A stretch of DNA of 64,000 nt from Bacteroidales bacterium (GTDB taxonomy: Bacteria; Bacteroidota; Bacteroidia; Bacteroidales; VadinHA17): contig JAWOIF010000185.1 in NCBI GenBank assembly GCA_046484805.1, forward strand, positions 42 through 64,041, in the 5' to 3' direction. Below are positions 21,403 to 28,438 of this stretch, piece after piece. The position numbers and the translations under genes were made by a program. Every line of letters starts with the position of its first letter. Within the stretch, counting starts at the first letter, position 1. Under the pieces are notes generated by a model. That model was not told the origin of the DNA. It made no database searches and worked only from the letters and a program-made list of their open reading frames with translations.

Positions 21403-22495
21403 TTAGTCTGAACTGCCAAACTCCATCAGGTATGACTTGATAAACTCATTCAGTTCGCCATCGAGCACGGCAAGGACATTGCCAGACTCATAGCCGGTAC
21501 GAACATCCTTGATTAGCTTGTAGGGGTGGAGGGTGTATGATCTTATCTGTGACCCCCATTCAATCTTCTTCTTCTGTCCTTCAACCCTGGCCTGCTCCTC
21601 CATTCTCTTGCGCAGTTCCAGTTCATAGAGATTCGATTTTAGTATCCTGAGGGCATTCTCCTTATTCTTTCCCTGTGAACGTGTCTCCTGGTTTTCTATT
21701 ACTATGCCGGAGGGATGATGCCTGAGCCTCACCGCTGTCTCAACCTTATTCACGTTCTGCCCGCCTGCACCACTGGAGCGGTATGTATCCCAGGTTATAT
21801 CTGCCTGATTGATCTCGATATTAATATCATCATCCACCAGAGGTGATACGAAGACCGATGCAAATGTGGTTTGCCTCTTACCCTGGGCATTGAAAGGCGA
21901 GATACGCACAAGACGGTGAACACCGCTCTCTCCCTGAAGGAACCCATAGGCTCGCTCCCCATCAAATTCGAGTGTAACCGTTTTAATACCAACCTCATCG
22001 CCTGGCTGGTAATCAAGCTCCCTTACCTTATAGTCATTTCGCTCACCCCAGCGCATATACATTCTCATCAGCATCTCGGCCCAGTCGTTACTCTCGGTTC
22101 CTCCCGCCCCGGCGTTGATCTTTAGTATAGCCCCGAGAATATCCTCCTCCTTTCGCAGCATATTACGCAGTTCGAGTGCTTCTGTCAGCTCGAGGGCAGC
22201 GTCATACTGATCAATAACTTCCGCCTCCTTTGCTTCTCCCTCCTTGTAAAAATCGTAAATAACCTGCAGATCGTCCACGGCACTGCGTACACGCTCATAT
22301 GATGTTATCCAGCTTTTTATGGCGGAGATCTCCTTCATCAGCTCTTCTGCTGTCTCAGGATCAGACCAGAAACCAGGCTCACGGGTTATTGCCTCTTTTT
22401 CCTCTACCTGTTTGATTCGTTCTTCAACGTCAAAGATACCTCCTCAGCACATCCCGGCGACCCACAAGGTCCTTTATCTGTTCGATGGTTATCAT
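21403..22495 (-). CDS. prfB: peptide chain release factor 2 (two frames joined by programmed +1 frameshift; T at 22432 skipped)
   Basis: Frame 0 reads MITIEQIKDLVGRRDVLRRYL and then hits TGA at 22430-22432. The +1 frame continues DVEERIKQVEEKEAITREPGFWSDPETAEELMKEISAIKS... into track ORF 21403-22338. The SPF (RISPFNAQ) and GGQ (SGAGGQNVNK) motifs are present. The joined product is 363 aa. Confidence 0.93.
22429..22444 (-). promoter_or_regulatory. prfB +1 frameshift cassette AGGAGG-TAT-CTT-TGA-C
   Basis: The minus strand reads AGG AGG TAT CTT TGA C. This has the same layout and spacing as the classical E. coli prfB site: an SD-like element, a 3-nt spacer, the CUU slippery codon and a UGA C stop context. 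Confidence 0.9.
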
Positions 22496-22513
22496 AATTA
22501 CTCTTTTGAGTTG

Positions 22514-22521
22514 CAAAGGTA
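22514..22521 (-). promoter_or_regulatory. -7 promoter box (TACCTTTG) of prfB
   Basis: The minus strand reads TACCTTTG, a TAnnTTTG match, 19 nt upstream of the prfB ATG. Confidence 0.5.
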
Positions 22522-22530
22522 ATAAAAATG

Positions 22531-22637
22531 GCGTAATGGGCGTATGAGGGTGTATGAGGGCGTATGAGGGTGTATGAGGGCGTATGAGGGCGTATGAGGG
22601 CGTATGAGGGCGTATGAGGGCGTATGAGGGCGTATGG
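22531..22637. repeat. tandem decamer array YGTATGAGGG (9 full units + degenerate end units)
   Basis: Head-to-tail units run from 22541 to 22630. The first base follows the pattern C,T,C,T,C,C,C,C,C. The array is flanked by gcgtaatggg (22531-40) and cgtatgg (22631-37). Confidence 0.97.
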
Positions 22638-22641
22638 AACA

Positions 22642-22700
22642 ACCCCGGATGAGGTTGAATAACAATAGCATGTACAGCCCCCAAATTTTGTTCGGCGCGG
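22642..22700 (+). repeat. REP-like dispersed element, copy A
   Basis: The sequence accccggatgaggttgaataacaatagcatg...cccccaaattttgttcggcgcgggg resembles the copies at 25501-25530 and 25565-25640. Confidence 0.7.
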
Positions 22701-22711
22701 GGATTTTAAAA

Positions 22712-23611
22712 TTATGATGAAGCGAGTGTTACCAGTGCCCTGAATAGTTTGAAGCCGTCAAGGAAGCTGGCCTGCGTATACCTCACCGTACGGGCTGACA
22801 CTCTTTCAATGCCCGGAATTACCATCGCTGCCTCAGCCTGATGACTGTATAGAAAGGTTATTTCGAACTGGTACGGAACGGTCGATTTGTGAGGTTTGAA
22901 TTCGTTTAGCTTCTTCAGTGCTGTTGTGGTATTTGCTCTTATCAGTTTCTGTGCCTCCTTCGGGGTCAGAGTGTTGGCTGCAAACCTGCCAATACCCTCC
23001 TTGACCTCTGAAGTGACAACCTGTGACCCCAGGGCAGCCCTGACCTGTGAGCAGACAGCCTTGTCGCCGGAGACCATTACTATCGGAACGTTATAATGTC
23101 CTGCTATATAGGCATTCATTTCCGATTCACCGATTTCAACGCCGTTAACCCTGAAGGCAGAGATCGACCCTCCCGAATAAGTATGATCAAGAGTTGCATC
23201 AGCTGTCCCTGCCTTTGCATGATAGCCAATCAGGATAACTGCGTTGAAGGTTTCATCAATACCCTGCATCATACCCAGAGGTTTGGGTGAACCGGTTATC
23301 AGTCTTGCAGCCGGATTTACTTCTCCGGCCAGAATGTTGCGCATGCTACCGTGAGAATCGTTTACTACGATCTCAGTGGCCCCGGCGTCAATAGCTCCCT
23401 GTATCGCCGCGTTGGTCTCTTCTGTCATCCACCTTCTTGCCATCTGGTAGTCATTCCCACCCGAAGATACCTGGTCGCTGTGGACAACCCCTGCCAAGCC
23501 CTCCATATCAACTGAGATAAAAACCTTCAGCCCCTTCTGCGCTTGAACTTCAGAAATTGTAAATGCAGTTATTACCAGCAGTGCACTCAAAAAAACAAAA
23601 CTCTTTTTCAT
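22712..23611 (-). CDS. peptidase M55 (DppA-type D-aminopeptidase) family protein, secreted
   Basis: The VFISVDMEGLAGVV and IGYHAKAGT motifs are typical of M55. I set the start at MKKSFVFLSALLVITAFT (signal peptide) because a -7 box lies at 23656-63. The track ORF starts at 23650. Confidence 0.85.
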   Translation of the reverse strand: MKKSFVFLSALLVITAFTISEVQAQKGLKVFISVDMEGLAGVVHSDQVSSGGNDYQMARRWMTEETNAAIQGAIDAGATEIVVNDSHGSMRNILAGEVNPAARLITGSPKPLGMMQGIDETFNAVILIGYHAKAGTADATLDHTYSGGSISAFRVNGVEIGESEMNAYIAGHYNVPIVMVSGDKAVCSQVRAALGSQVVTSEVKEGIGRFAANTLTPKEAQKLIRANTTTALKKLNEFKPHKSTVPYQFEITFLYSHQAEAAMVIPGIERVSARTVRYTQASFLDGFKLFRALVTLASS

Positions 23612-23655
23612 AATACTATGCCTCCAATATTTTATGGTTTTTAGTTTCATGAATA

Positions 23656-23663
23656 CAAATATA
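23656..23663 (-). promoter_or_regulatory. -7 promoter box (TATATTTG) of the M55 peptidase gene
   Basis: The minus strand reads TATATTTG, 45 nt upstream of the ATG at 23611. Confidence 0.45.
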
Positions 23664-23675
23664 GGATTTAAAATG

Positions 23676-23728
23676 AAGACGGGGAACGGGGAACGGTTAA
23701 CGGTATCCGGTTAACGAACGGTGAACGG
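23676..23728. repeat. degenerate heptamer array NNAACGG (about 7 units)
   Basis: The units read GGAACGG GGAACGG TTAACGG TATCCGG TTAACGA ..ACGG TGAACGG. The array lies between the two divergent -7 boxes. Confidence 0.85.
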
Positions 23729-23776
23729 CTATTGTAAAACATACCCTCACCATGGCTATTTGATAATCCAATTATG

Positions 23777-23784
23777 TAGATTTG
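23777..23784 (+). promoter_or_regulatory. -7 promoter box (TAGATTTG) of the M20 amidohydrolase gene
   Basis: TAnnTTTG match 31 nt upstream of the ATG at 23815. It lies at the very start of the longer track ORF. Confidence 0.45.
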
Positions 23785-23814
23785 TTAAAATTGTTAACCA
23801 GAACTTCCAGCCAT

Positions 23815-25350
23815 ATGAAAACGAATTACAGAATTATTGCCGGTGCGGTATTGTTGTTGTTACTTCCGGTATTCAGTACCGATTGTCCGGGGCAGGAATC
23901 AGCCGGTCAGGGTTCCCTTGGTAAGGCCGATACCTATAAGGCTAAAAATACAGCCATCGACTACCTTTCCAATGAAGCCATTGTAAAAAAGTTTGGTGTT
24001 ATATCCGATTCAATATGGTCGTTTGCAGAGCTTGGCATGCAGGAGTTCAAGTCTGCAGAACTGCTGGCCTCCACCCTCGAGGCTGAAGGCTTTAACGTTG
24101 AAAGGGGCGCTGCGGGCATGCCCACATGCTTTGTGGCAACATGGGGGTCGGGAAAACCGGTGATAGGCATATTGGGGGAGTTCGATGCTCTGCCCATGAT
24201 TTCACAGAAGGCAGGTGTTCCTTACCAGGATCCGATACTTGAAGGAGCCCCGGGCCACGGATGCGGGCACAACATGATGGGTGCTTCAGGAATTGCTGCT
24301 GCAATTGCAGTAAAGCGAAGCATGGAGGCAAACCGTATAAAGGGAACGATAAGGTTTTATGGTTCACCTGCCGAGGAGACCATTATCAGCCGTCCCTACA
24401 TGGTCAGAGCAGGTCTTTTTGACGATGTTGATGCGGTGATAGACAACCATGCATCCTCAGGTTTTTCAACAAGTTACGGTGTAGGTGGCAATGCAGTGAT
24501 ATCGGTACAGTTCACCTTCAGGGGAAGAACAGCACACTCGGCCGGTGCTCCGTGGTCTGGCCGAAGTGCGCTTGATGCCGTTGAACTGATGAATATTGCA
24601 ACCAATTACCTTCGTGAACACCTGCACTATACCCACAGAATGCATTATGTAATAACTGAGGGTGGTGAGGCCCCGAATGTGGTTCCCGATAAGGCAACCG
24701 TGTGGTATTACGTCAGGAACACCGATGAACGGGTTGAAGATATGTACAACAGGGTGGTTGACTGCGCTAAGGGTGCCGCACTTGCTACCGGGACGGAACT
24801 GGCGGAGATAAGGGTGCTTACCGGTGTACATCAGCGTCACGCCAATAAAGGCATGGCACAACTACTGCAAAGGAACATTGAACTTATTGGTATGCCGCAG
24901 TGGACAGAAGAGGAGAATACTTTTGCCCGCTCCCTGCAAAAAGAACTTGGTGCCAGGGAAACCGGATATCCAACGAAAGTTGGTACACTCCGCACACCCT
25001 CAGGTGTACAGGTGGGAGGAGGATCATCAGATGTCGGTGAAGTAACTCTGATAGCTCCCACAGCCACCGTTAATTTCCCGGGAGGAGTTCCGGGGGCCAT
25101 TGGTCATCACTGGTCGGCCGTGGCAGCATATTACGGCACGGGTGCCTGGAAAGGCCTTAATGCAGGAGCCAAAGTCATGGCCTCCACTGCCATCGACCTT
25201 CTTACCAAACCTGATGTACTGGCAGAAATAAGAAAAGAATTCGAAGATTATTCAAAGGCCAATCCATATAAATCGTTCCTTCCTGATGACGCCACCCCAC
25301 CCCTCGACCTTAACAGGGATTTGATGGAGAAGTACAGGGGAAGGTATTAG
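23815..25350 (+). CDS. M20-family amidohydrolase (AbgB / aminobenzoyl-glutamate hydrolase B-like), secreted
   Basis: The start is at MKTNYRIIAGAVLLLLLPVFS (signal peptide). The metal-binding motif PGHGCGHN is present, with M20 dimerisation and catalytic domain architecture. Confidence 0.85.
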   Translation: MKTNYRIIAGAVLLLLLPVFSTDCPGQESAGQGSLGKADTYKAKNTAIDYLSNEAIVKKFGVISDSIWSFAELGMQEFKSAELLASTLEAEGFNVERGAAGMPTCFVATWGSGKPVIGILGEFDALPMISQKAGVPYQDPILEGAPGHGCGHNMMGASGIAAAIAVKRSMEANRIKGTIRFYGSPAEETIISRPYMVRAGLFDDVDAVIDNHASSGFSTSYGVGGNAVISVQFTFRGRTAHSAGAPWSGRSALDAVELMNIATNYLREHLHYTHRMHYVITEGGEAPNVVPDKATVWYYVRNTDERVEDMYNRVVDCAKGAALATGTELAEIRVLTGVHQRHANKGMAQLLQRNIELIGMPQWTEEENTFARSLQKELGARETGYPTKVGTLRTPSGVQVGGGSSDVGEVTLIAPTATVNFPGGVPGAIGHHWSAVAAYYGTGAWKGLNAGAKVMASTAIDLLTKPDVLAEIRKEFEDYSKANPYKSFLPDDATPPLDLNRDLMEKYRGRY

Positions 25351-25354
25351 ATAT

Positions 25355-25403
25355 CAGATTTACGATTTCAGATTTCAGATTTCAGATTTCAGATTTCAGA
25401 TTT
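25355..25403. repeat. tandem heptamer array CAGATTT x7 (one ACGATTT variant)
   Basis: The array cagattt acgattt cagattt x5 begins 5 nt after the TAG stop of the M20 gene. Confidence 0.97.
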
Positions 25404-25500
25404 GTGGTGTGAGGGATGCAGGATGCAGGATAACCCTCATTTTGTAGAGCGAAGCCAGCAAAGAGAGCAGGGCTTGGGGCATGGATGGAATACCTTAACA

Positions 25501-25530
25501 ATCCCGGAGGGGTTGAATATCAATAGATTG
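25501..25530 (+). repeat. REP-like dispersed element, copy B1
   Basis: The sequence atcccggaggggttgaatatcaatagattg is 28/30 identical to copy B2. Confidence 0.85.
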
Positions 25531-25564
25531 GCGTGTAAAACCAACCCCGAAGGGATACCCTACA

Positions 25565-25640
25565 ACCCCGGAGGGATTGAATATCAATAGATTGCCGGAT
25601 ACACCCCACCCCAATTTTGCCGCGCAGCAAGTGGATTCGG
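25565..25640 (+). repeat. REP-like dispersed element, copy B2 (with extended right arm)
   Basis: The core accccggagggattgaatatcaatagattg is followed by ...ccccaccccaattttgccgcgc...cgggg. That tail parallels the tail of copy A. Confidence 0.8.
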
Positions 25641-25718
25641 GGAAAAACACGATGCTATGAATATTGCACCCCTGAACGGGGTGTCGGGTGTAAAGGGTGT
25701 GATTATGTGAGGGTGATG

Positions 25719-27128
25719 TTAATATACCCTGTAACCGGCAAAGGTGCCGGTACCGGTCTCGGTGGCAAGGCCAGTATAAATCATCATATTAACTGTATCC
25801 CCAGCATTAAGCTTCATTGTAACTGACCTGACAAGAACCTCTGCCCCTCCTCCTGCCACGTCTACGGCTATCTTTTCATACAGACTTGAGTTTAGAAATA
25901 AACTTACATTTCTGCCGCCACCACTTCCATCTGCTTTATAGGTAATATTGAATGTATAAATGCCTTTGACAGGCGCAATGAAATCACCTGTAGATGAATT
26001 AAATGCATTACCATCATTATGATCCATAAATGATGGTGTAAATTTTATATTTTGGATTTGGGGTGCTGTAACAGAGACATCCCGCCTCGCCCTGAATGCC
26101 ACCATATTGCTGGCGAAGTCGACGGTGTGTTGTGTGCCTCCTTCGGTGATGCGGAGTTCTGAGCCGGTGAGTTGCATTGAGGTAATAAGTTCATTGGTGG
26201 GATCAGAGTCGGCATCGTTCTTCAAAGACGAGAGATCGATATTGTTGCCACCGGATATAGAAAGCTGACCGGTCGATTCATTAAAGGTAAGCACCCTTGA
26301 GAAGTCTATCTGCAATGTGGAATTTGTCAATCCGAGCACCCTGGTTTCGGTGTTCCAGGTGAGCATCTGATTATCGGTATTGTCCATATACTTCGAGAGG
26401 TCTATCTCGGAGGCCTCGCTGTTTCGGGTAATCTTGAGGATGTCACCGGTAAGCCTGAGGTCCTGAATATAAGGTGAGAGTATTACAGAGTTGCCCTTTG
26501 TAATAAAAAGGGAGTCCCCTTTAAGGAAAAGAGTCTGCAGTTCGTTTGTGGGATCATTGTCGGCATCATTGACGAGGGCGCTGAGATTTACCGTATTGCC
26601 GGGCTCTCCTGAAATGGTAAGGTTGACTCCGTCAAATGAAAGCTGTTGCTTGTCTGATGCCGGATCACCCTGGGGTCCGGGAGGGCCCTGCGGGCCGGGC
26701 TCGAGTGACTTCCCGGCGAATAGAGCATATGGTACCGAGAGGAACTGCATGGTTCCCATATCGGCGAATTCATTGATGAACTTGATTTCCACCTTAAGGT
26801 AATGCGGGCCGGTACTCCATTCCACCTGCGACAGTTCTCCGGCGGTACCTCCCACCGGAACACCCGAGCCGATTATCAGGGTAAAAACGCCATACTTTGA
26901 CGTCTTGACACCCTGGTGCACCTCCTGGTAGGCCACTGCCCCCAGCGGAGTTCCCGATACTACCGTGAACCTGACATCAATGGTTCTGTCGCTAAGTTCC
27001 TTGCCTGTATTATCGCGTGCCACTGCCTGATAATGGATACCATACGGCACCGACTGCCCGAACAGTCCGGTAATAGCGGCGGCTATTGCCATCCCTGTCA
27101 TTAACATCTTCAGAGAGATCCGATTCAT
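25719..27128 (-). CDS. secreted protein with short collagen-like Gly-X-Y run and C-terminal C1q/TNF-like jelly-roll domain
   Basis: 469 aa with a signal peptide. The Gly-X-Y run GPQGPPGPQGDP lies at nt 26661-26699. Internal repeats occur around NDADNDPTNELQ, NDADSDPTNELI and DNTDNQML. The C-terminal about 125 aa show the C1q pattern (VAFRARR..., NAFNSSTGDFIAPVKGIYTFNITY, LNAGDTVNMMIY, FAGYRVY). Confidence 0.7.
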   Translation of the reverse strand: MNRISLKMLMTGMAIAAAITGLFGQSVPYGIHYQAVARDNTGKELSDRTIDVRFTVVSGTPLGAVAYQEVHQGVKTSKYGVFTLIIGSGVPVGGTAGELSQVEWSTGPHYLKVEIKFINEFADMGTMQFLSVPYALFAGKSLEPGPQGPPGPQGDPASDKQQLSFDGVNLTISGEPGNTVNLSALVNDADNDPTNELQTLFLKGDSLFITKGNSVILSPYIQDLRLTGDILKITRNSEASEIDLSKYMDNTDNQMLTWNTETRVLGLTNSTLQIDFSRVLTFNESTGQLSISGGNNIDLSSLKNDADSDPTNELITSMQLTGSELRITEGGTQHTVDFASNMVAFRARRDVSVTAPQIQNIKFTPSFMDHNDGNAFNSSTGDFIAPVKGIYTFNITYKADGSGGGRNVSLFLNSSLYEKIAVDVAGGGAEVLVRSVTMKLNAGDTVNMMIYTGLATETGTGTFAGYRVY

Positions 27129-27142
27129 TTTATTACCCCCTA

Positions 27143-27643
27143 TTAAATTAAACTAATCTTGAATGTACGGTCAATTTTCCCCTCCGTACATCGTACCCTG
27201 ATAAAATAAAGTCCCCTGACAAACTGCCTGACCGGCATAGTATGTACATACCAATAAGAATCACTGAAATAGAGTTCCTGCTTATGCACCAGCCTGCCCG
27301 AAATATCAAGAAGTGAAATGGAGTATTCCCTTTCGAACTCACCATACAATTCAATATTAAGATAATCGGTAGCGGGCACAGGATAAACTTTGACACCCGT
27401 TCCCTGCGGCTGTTCGATCTGTATCAGTTTTAGACGTGGTTGCTGGAACCCTTGTGTAAGATCATGCCTGTCAGTGGTAAAGATAACCACCGCACTTTCG
27501 CCAATGGTCTGCGACAGGTCAGAAGATGAGCATATACCAATCCCTGCTGCCGGCACCAGAACCTGGTGCGAAAGATGTTGTGCCAGAGCCGTTCCGCCGA
27601 ACAGCAAAAGCAACATTCCGAGAACTGTTCCCCCTTTGTTCAC
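27143..27643 (-). CDS. small secreted protein with T9SS type-A C-terminal sorting domain
   Basis: 166 aa with a signal peptide. The C-terminal part, VKVYPVPATDYLNIEL...LLDISGRLV...GLYFIRV, matches the Por/T9SS CTD pattern. It lies 14 nt upstream of the C1q-like gene. Confidence 0.72.
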   Translation of the reverse strand: MNKGGTVLGMLLLLFGGTALAQHLSHQVLVPAAGIGICSSSDLSQTIGESAVVIFTTDRHDLTQGFQQPRLKLIQIEQPQGTGVKVYPVPATDYLNIELYGEFEREYSISLLDISGRLVHKQELYFSDSYWYVHTMPVRQFVRGLYFIRVRCTEGKIDRTFKISLI

Positions 27644-27737
27644 AAAAAAATGTTAGCAAACAAATGTAATCATTAATTTGGATTATCATAATTACCTGTA
27701 AAAAAAGAGCAAAAATATCTAAATTAACAGCAAAAAA

Positions 27738-28340
27738 GTGTCACTAAAATCAGCATACTATAATAACCTTATCGAGGCCGGTGTTGACGAAGCCGGTCGC
27801 GGATGCCTTGCCGGTCCGGTGGTGGCTGCTGCGGTAATTTTACCCCGCCGGTACCGTCACCCGGTACTCAATGATTCAAAGCGACTAACTGCCCGTCAGA
27901 GAGTTGAGGTCAGGGAGGAGATAATCGAAAAGGCCGTTTCGTGGCATGTGTCGTTTGTTCCCAACACCGTCATTGACGAGATGAACATCCTGCGTGCCAC
28001 GTGGAAGGCCATGCACGAAGCCATCTCCCACCTCCATCCGCGTCCCGATTTTACAATTGTCGACGGAAACCGGTTCCTCCAATATGAGAAAATACCGTTT
28101 AAAACCATTATCGGGGGCGACGGACTCTACTTTTCAATAGCTGCGGCTTCGGTGCTGGCAAAGACGGCCCGCGATGAATACATGGCGACTATTCATAATG
28201 AGTTTCCACAATTTGGCTGGAACCAAAACATGGGTTACCCTACGGCGGCGCACCGGAAAGCAATAGAGAGTTACGGCATTACACCGTACCACAGGCGAAG
28301 CTTCAGCCTTCTCGACAGACAGCTTACAATACACTTCTGA
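27738..28340 (+). CDS. rnhB: ribonuclease HII
   Basis: 200 aa with the GVDEAGRGCLAGPVV active-site motif. The start codon is GTG. Confidence 0.9.
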   Translation: MSLKSAYYNNLIEAGVDEAGRGCLAGPVVAAAVILPRRYRHPVLNDSKRLTARQRVEVREEIIEKAVSWHVSFVPNTVIDEMNILRATWKAMHEAISHLHPRPDFTIVDGNRFLQYEKIPFKTIIGGDGLYFSIAAASVLAKTARDEYMATIHNEFPQFGWNQNMGYPTAAHRKAIESYGITPYHRRSFSLLDRQLTIHF

Positions 28341-28388
28341 GATAGATGAGTATCAAACACGGAGTCGGGTTGTTAAGAGAATATTTTT

Positions 28389-28396
28389 TATATTTG
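28389..28396 (+). promoter_or_regulatory. -7 promoter box (TATATTTG) of the S46 peptidase gene
   Basis: TAnnTTTG match 43 nt upstream of the ATG at 28439. It lies inside the 5' extension of the track ORF, which argues for the shorter CDS. Confidence 0.45.
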
Positions 28397-28438
28397 GCGA
28401 TCCAACATTTTAAAACAAGTTTAACCAAAGAGAATAAA

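Noticed and set aside
22531-22637. Possible CRISPR array.
   Set aside because: The units are contiguous 10-mers with no spacers, there is no palindromic 24-40-nt repeat, and there are no cas genes. It is a simple tandem repeat.
22430-22684. An 84-aa ORF with a striking PHTPSYALIR peptide repeat.
   Set aside because: Its last 21 codons are the true N-terminus of RF2 before the frameshift. The repetitive part is just the decamer DNA array read in frame (3 x 10 nt = 10 aa). It lies upstream of the prfB -7 box, so it is not a separate gene.
25402-25826. Track ORFs 25402-25590 and 25617-25826 in the long spacer after the M20 gene.
   Set aside because: They run through the REP-like copies and low-complexity DNA. 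The second overlaps the 3' end of the C1q-like gene on the opposite strand. I saw no recognisable protein features.
28346-28438. 5' extensions of track ORFs: the S46 peptidase here, and also 23782, 23650, 41236, 52039, 50372 and 13194.
   Set aside because: In each case an internal ATG is followed directly by a signal peptide, lipobox or HTH. In several cases a TAnnTTTG box lies inside the extension, so I preferred the shorter CDS.
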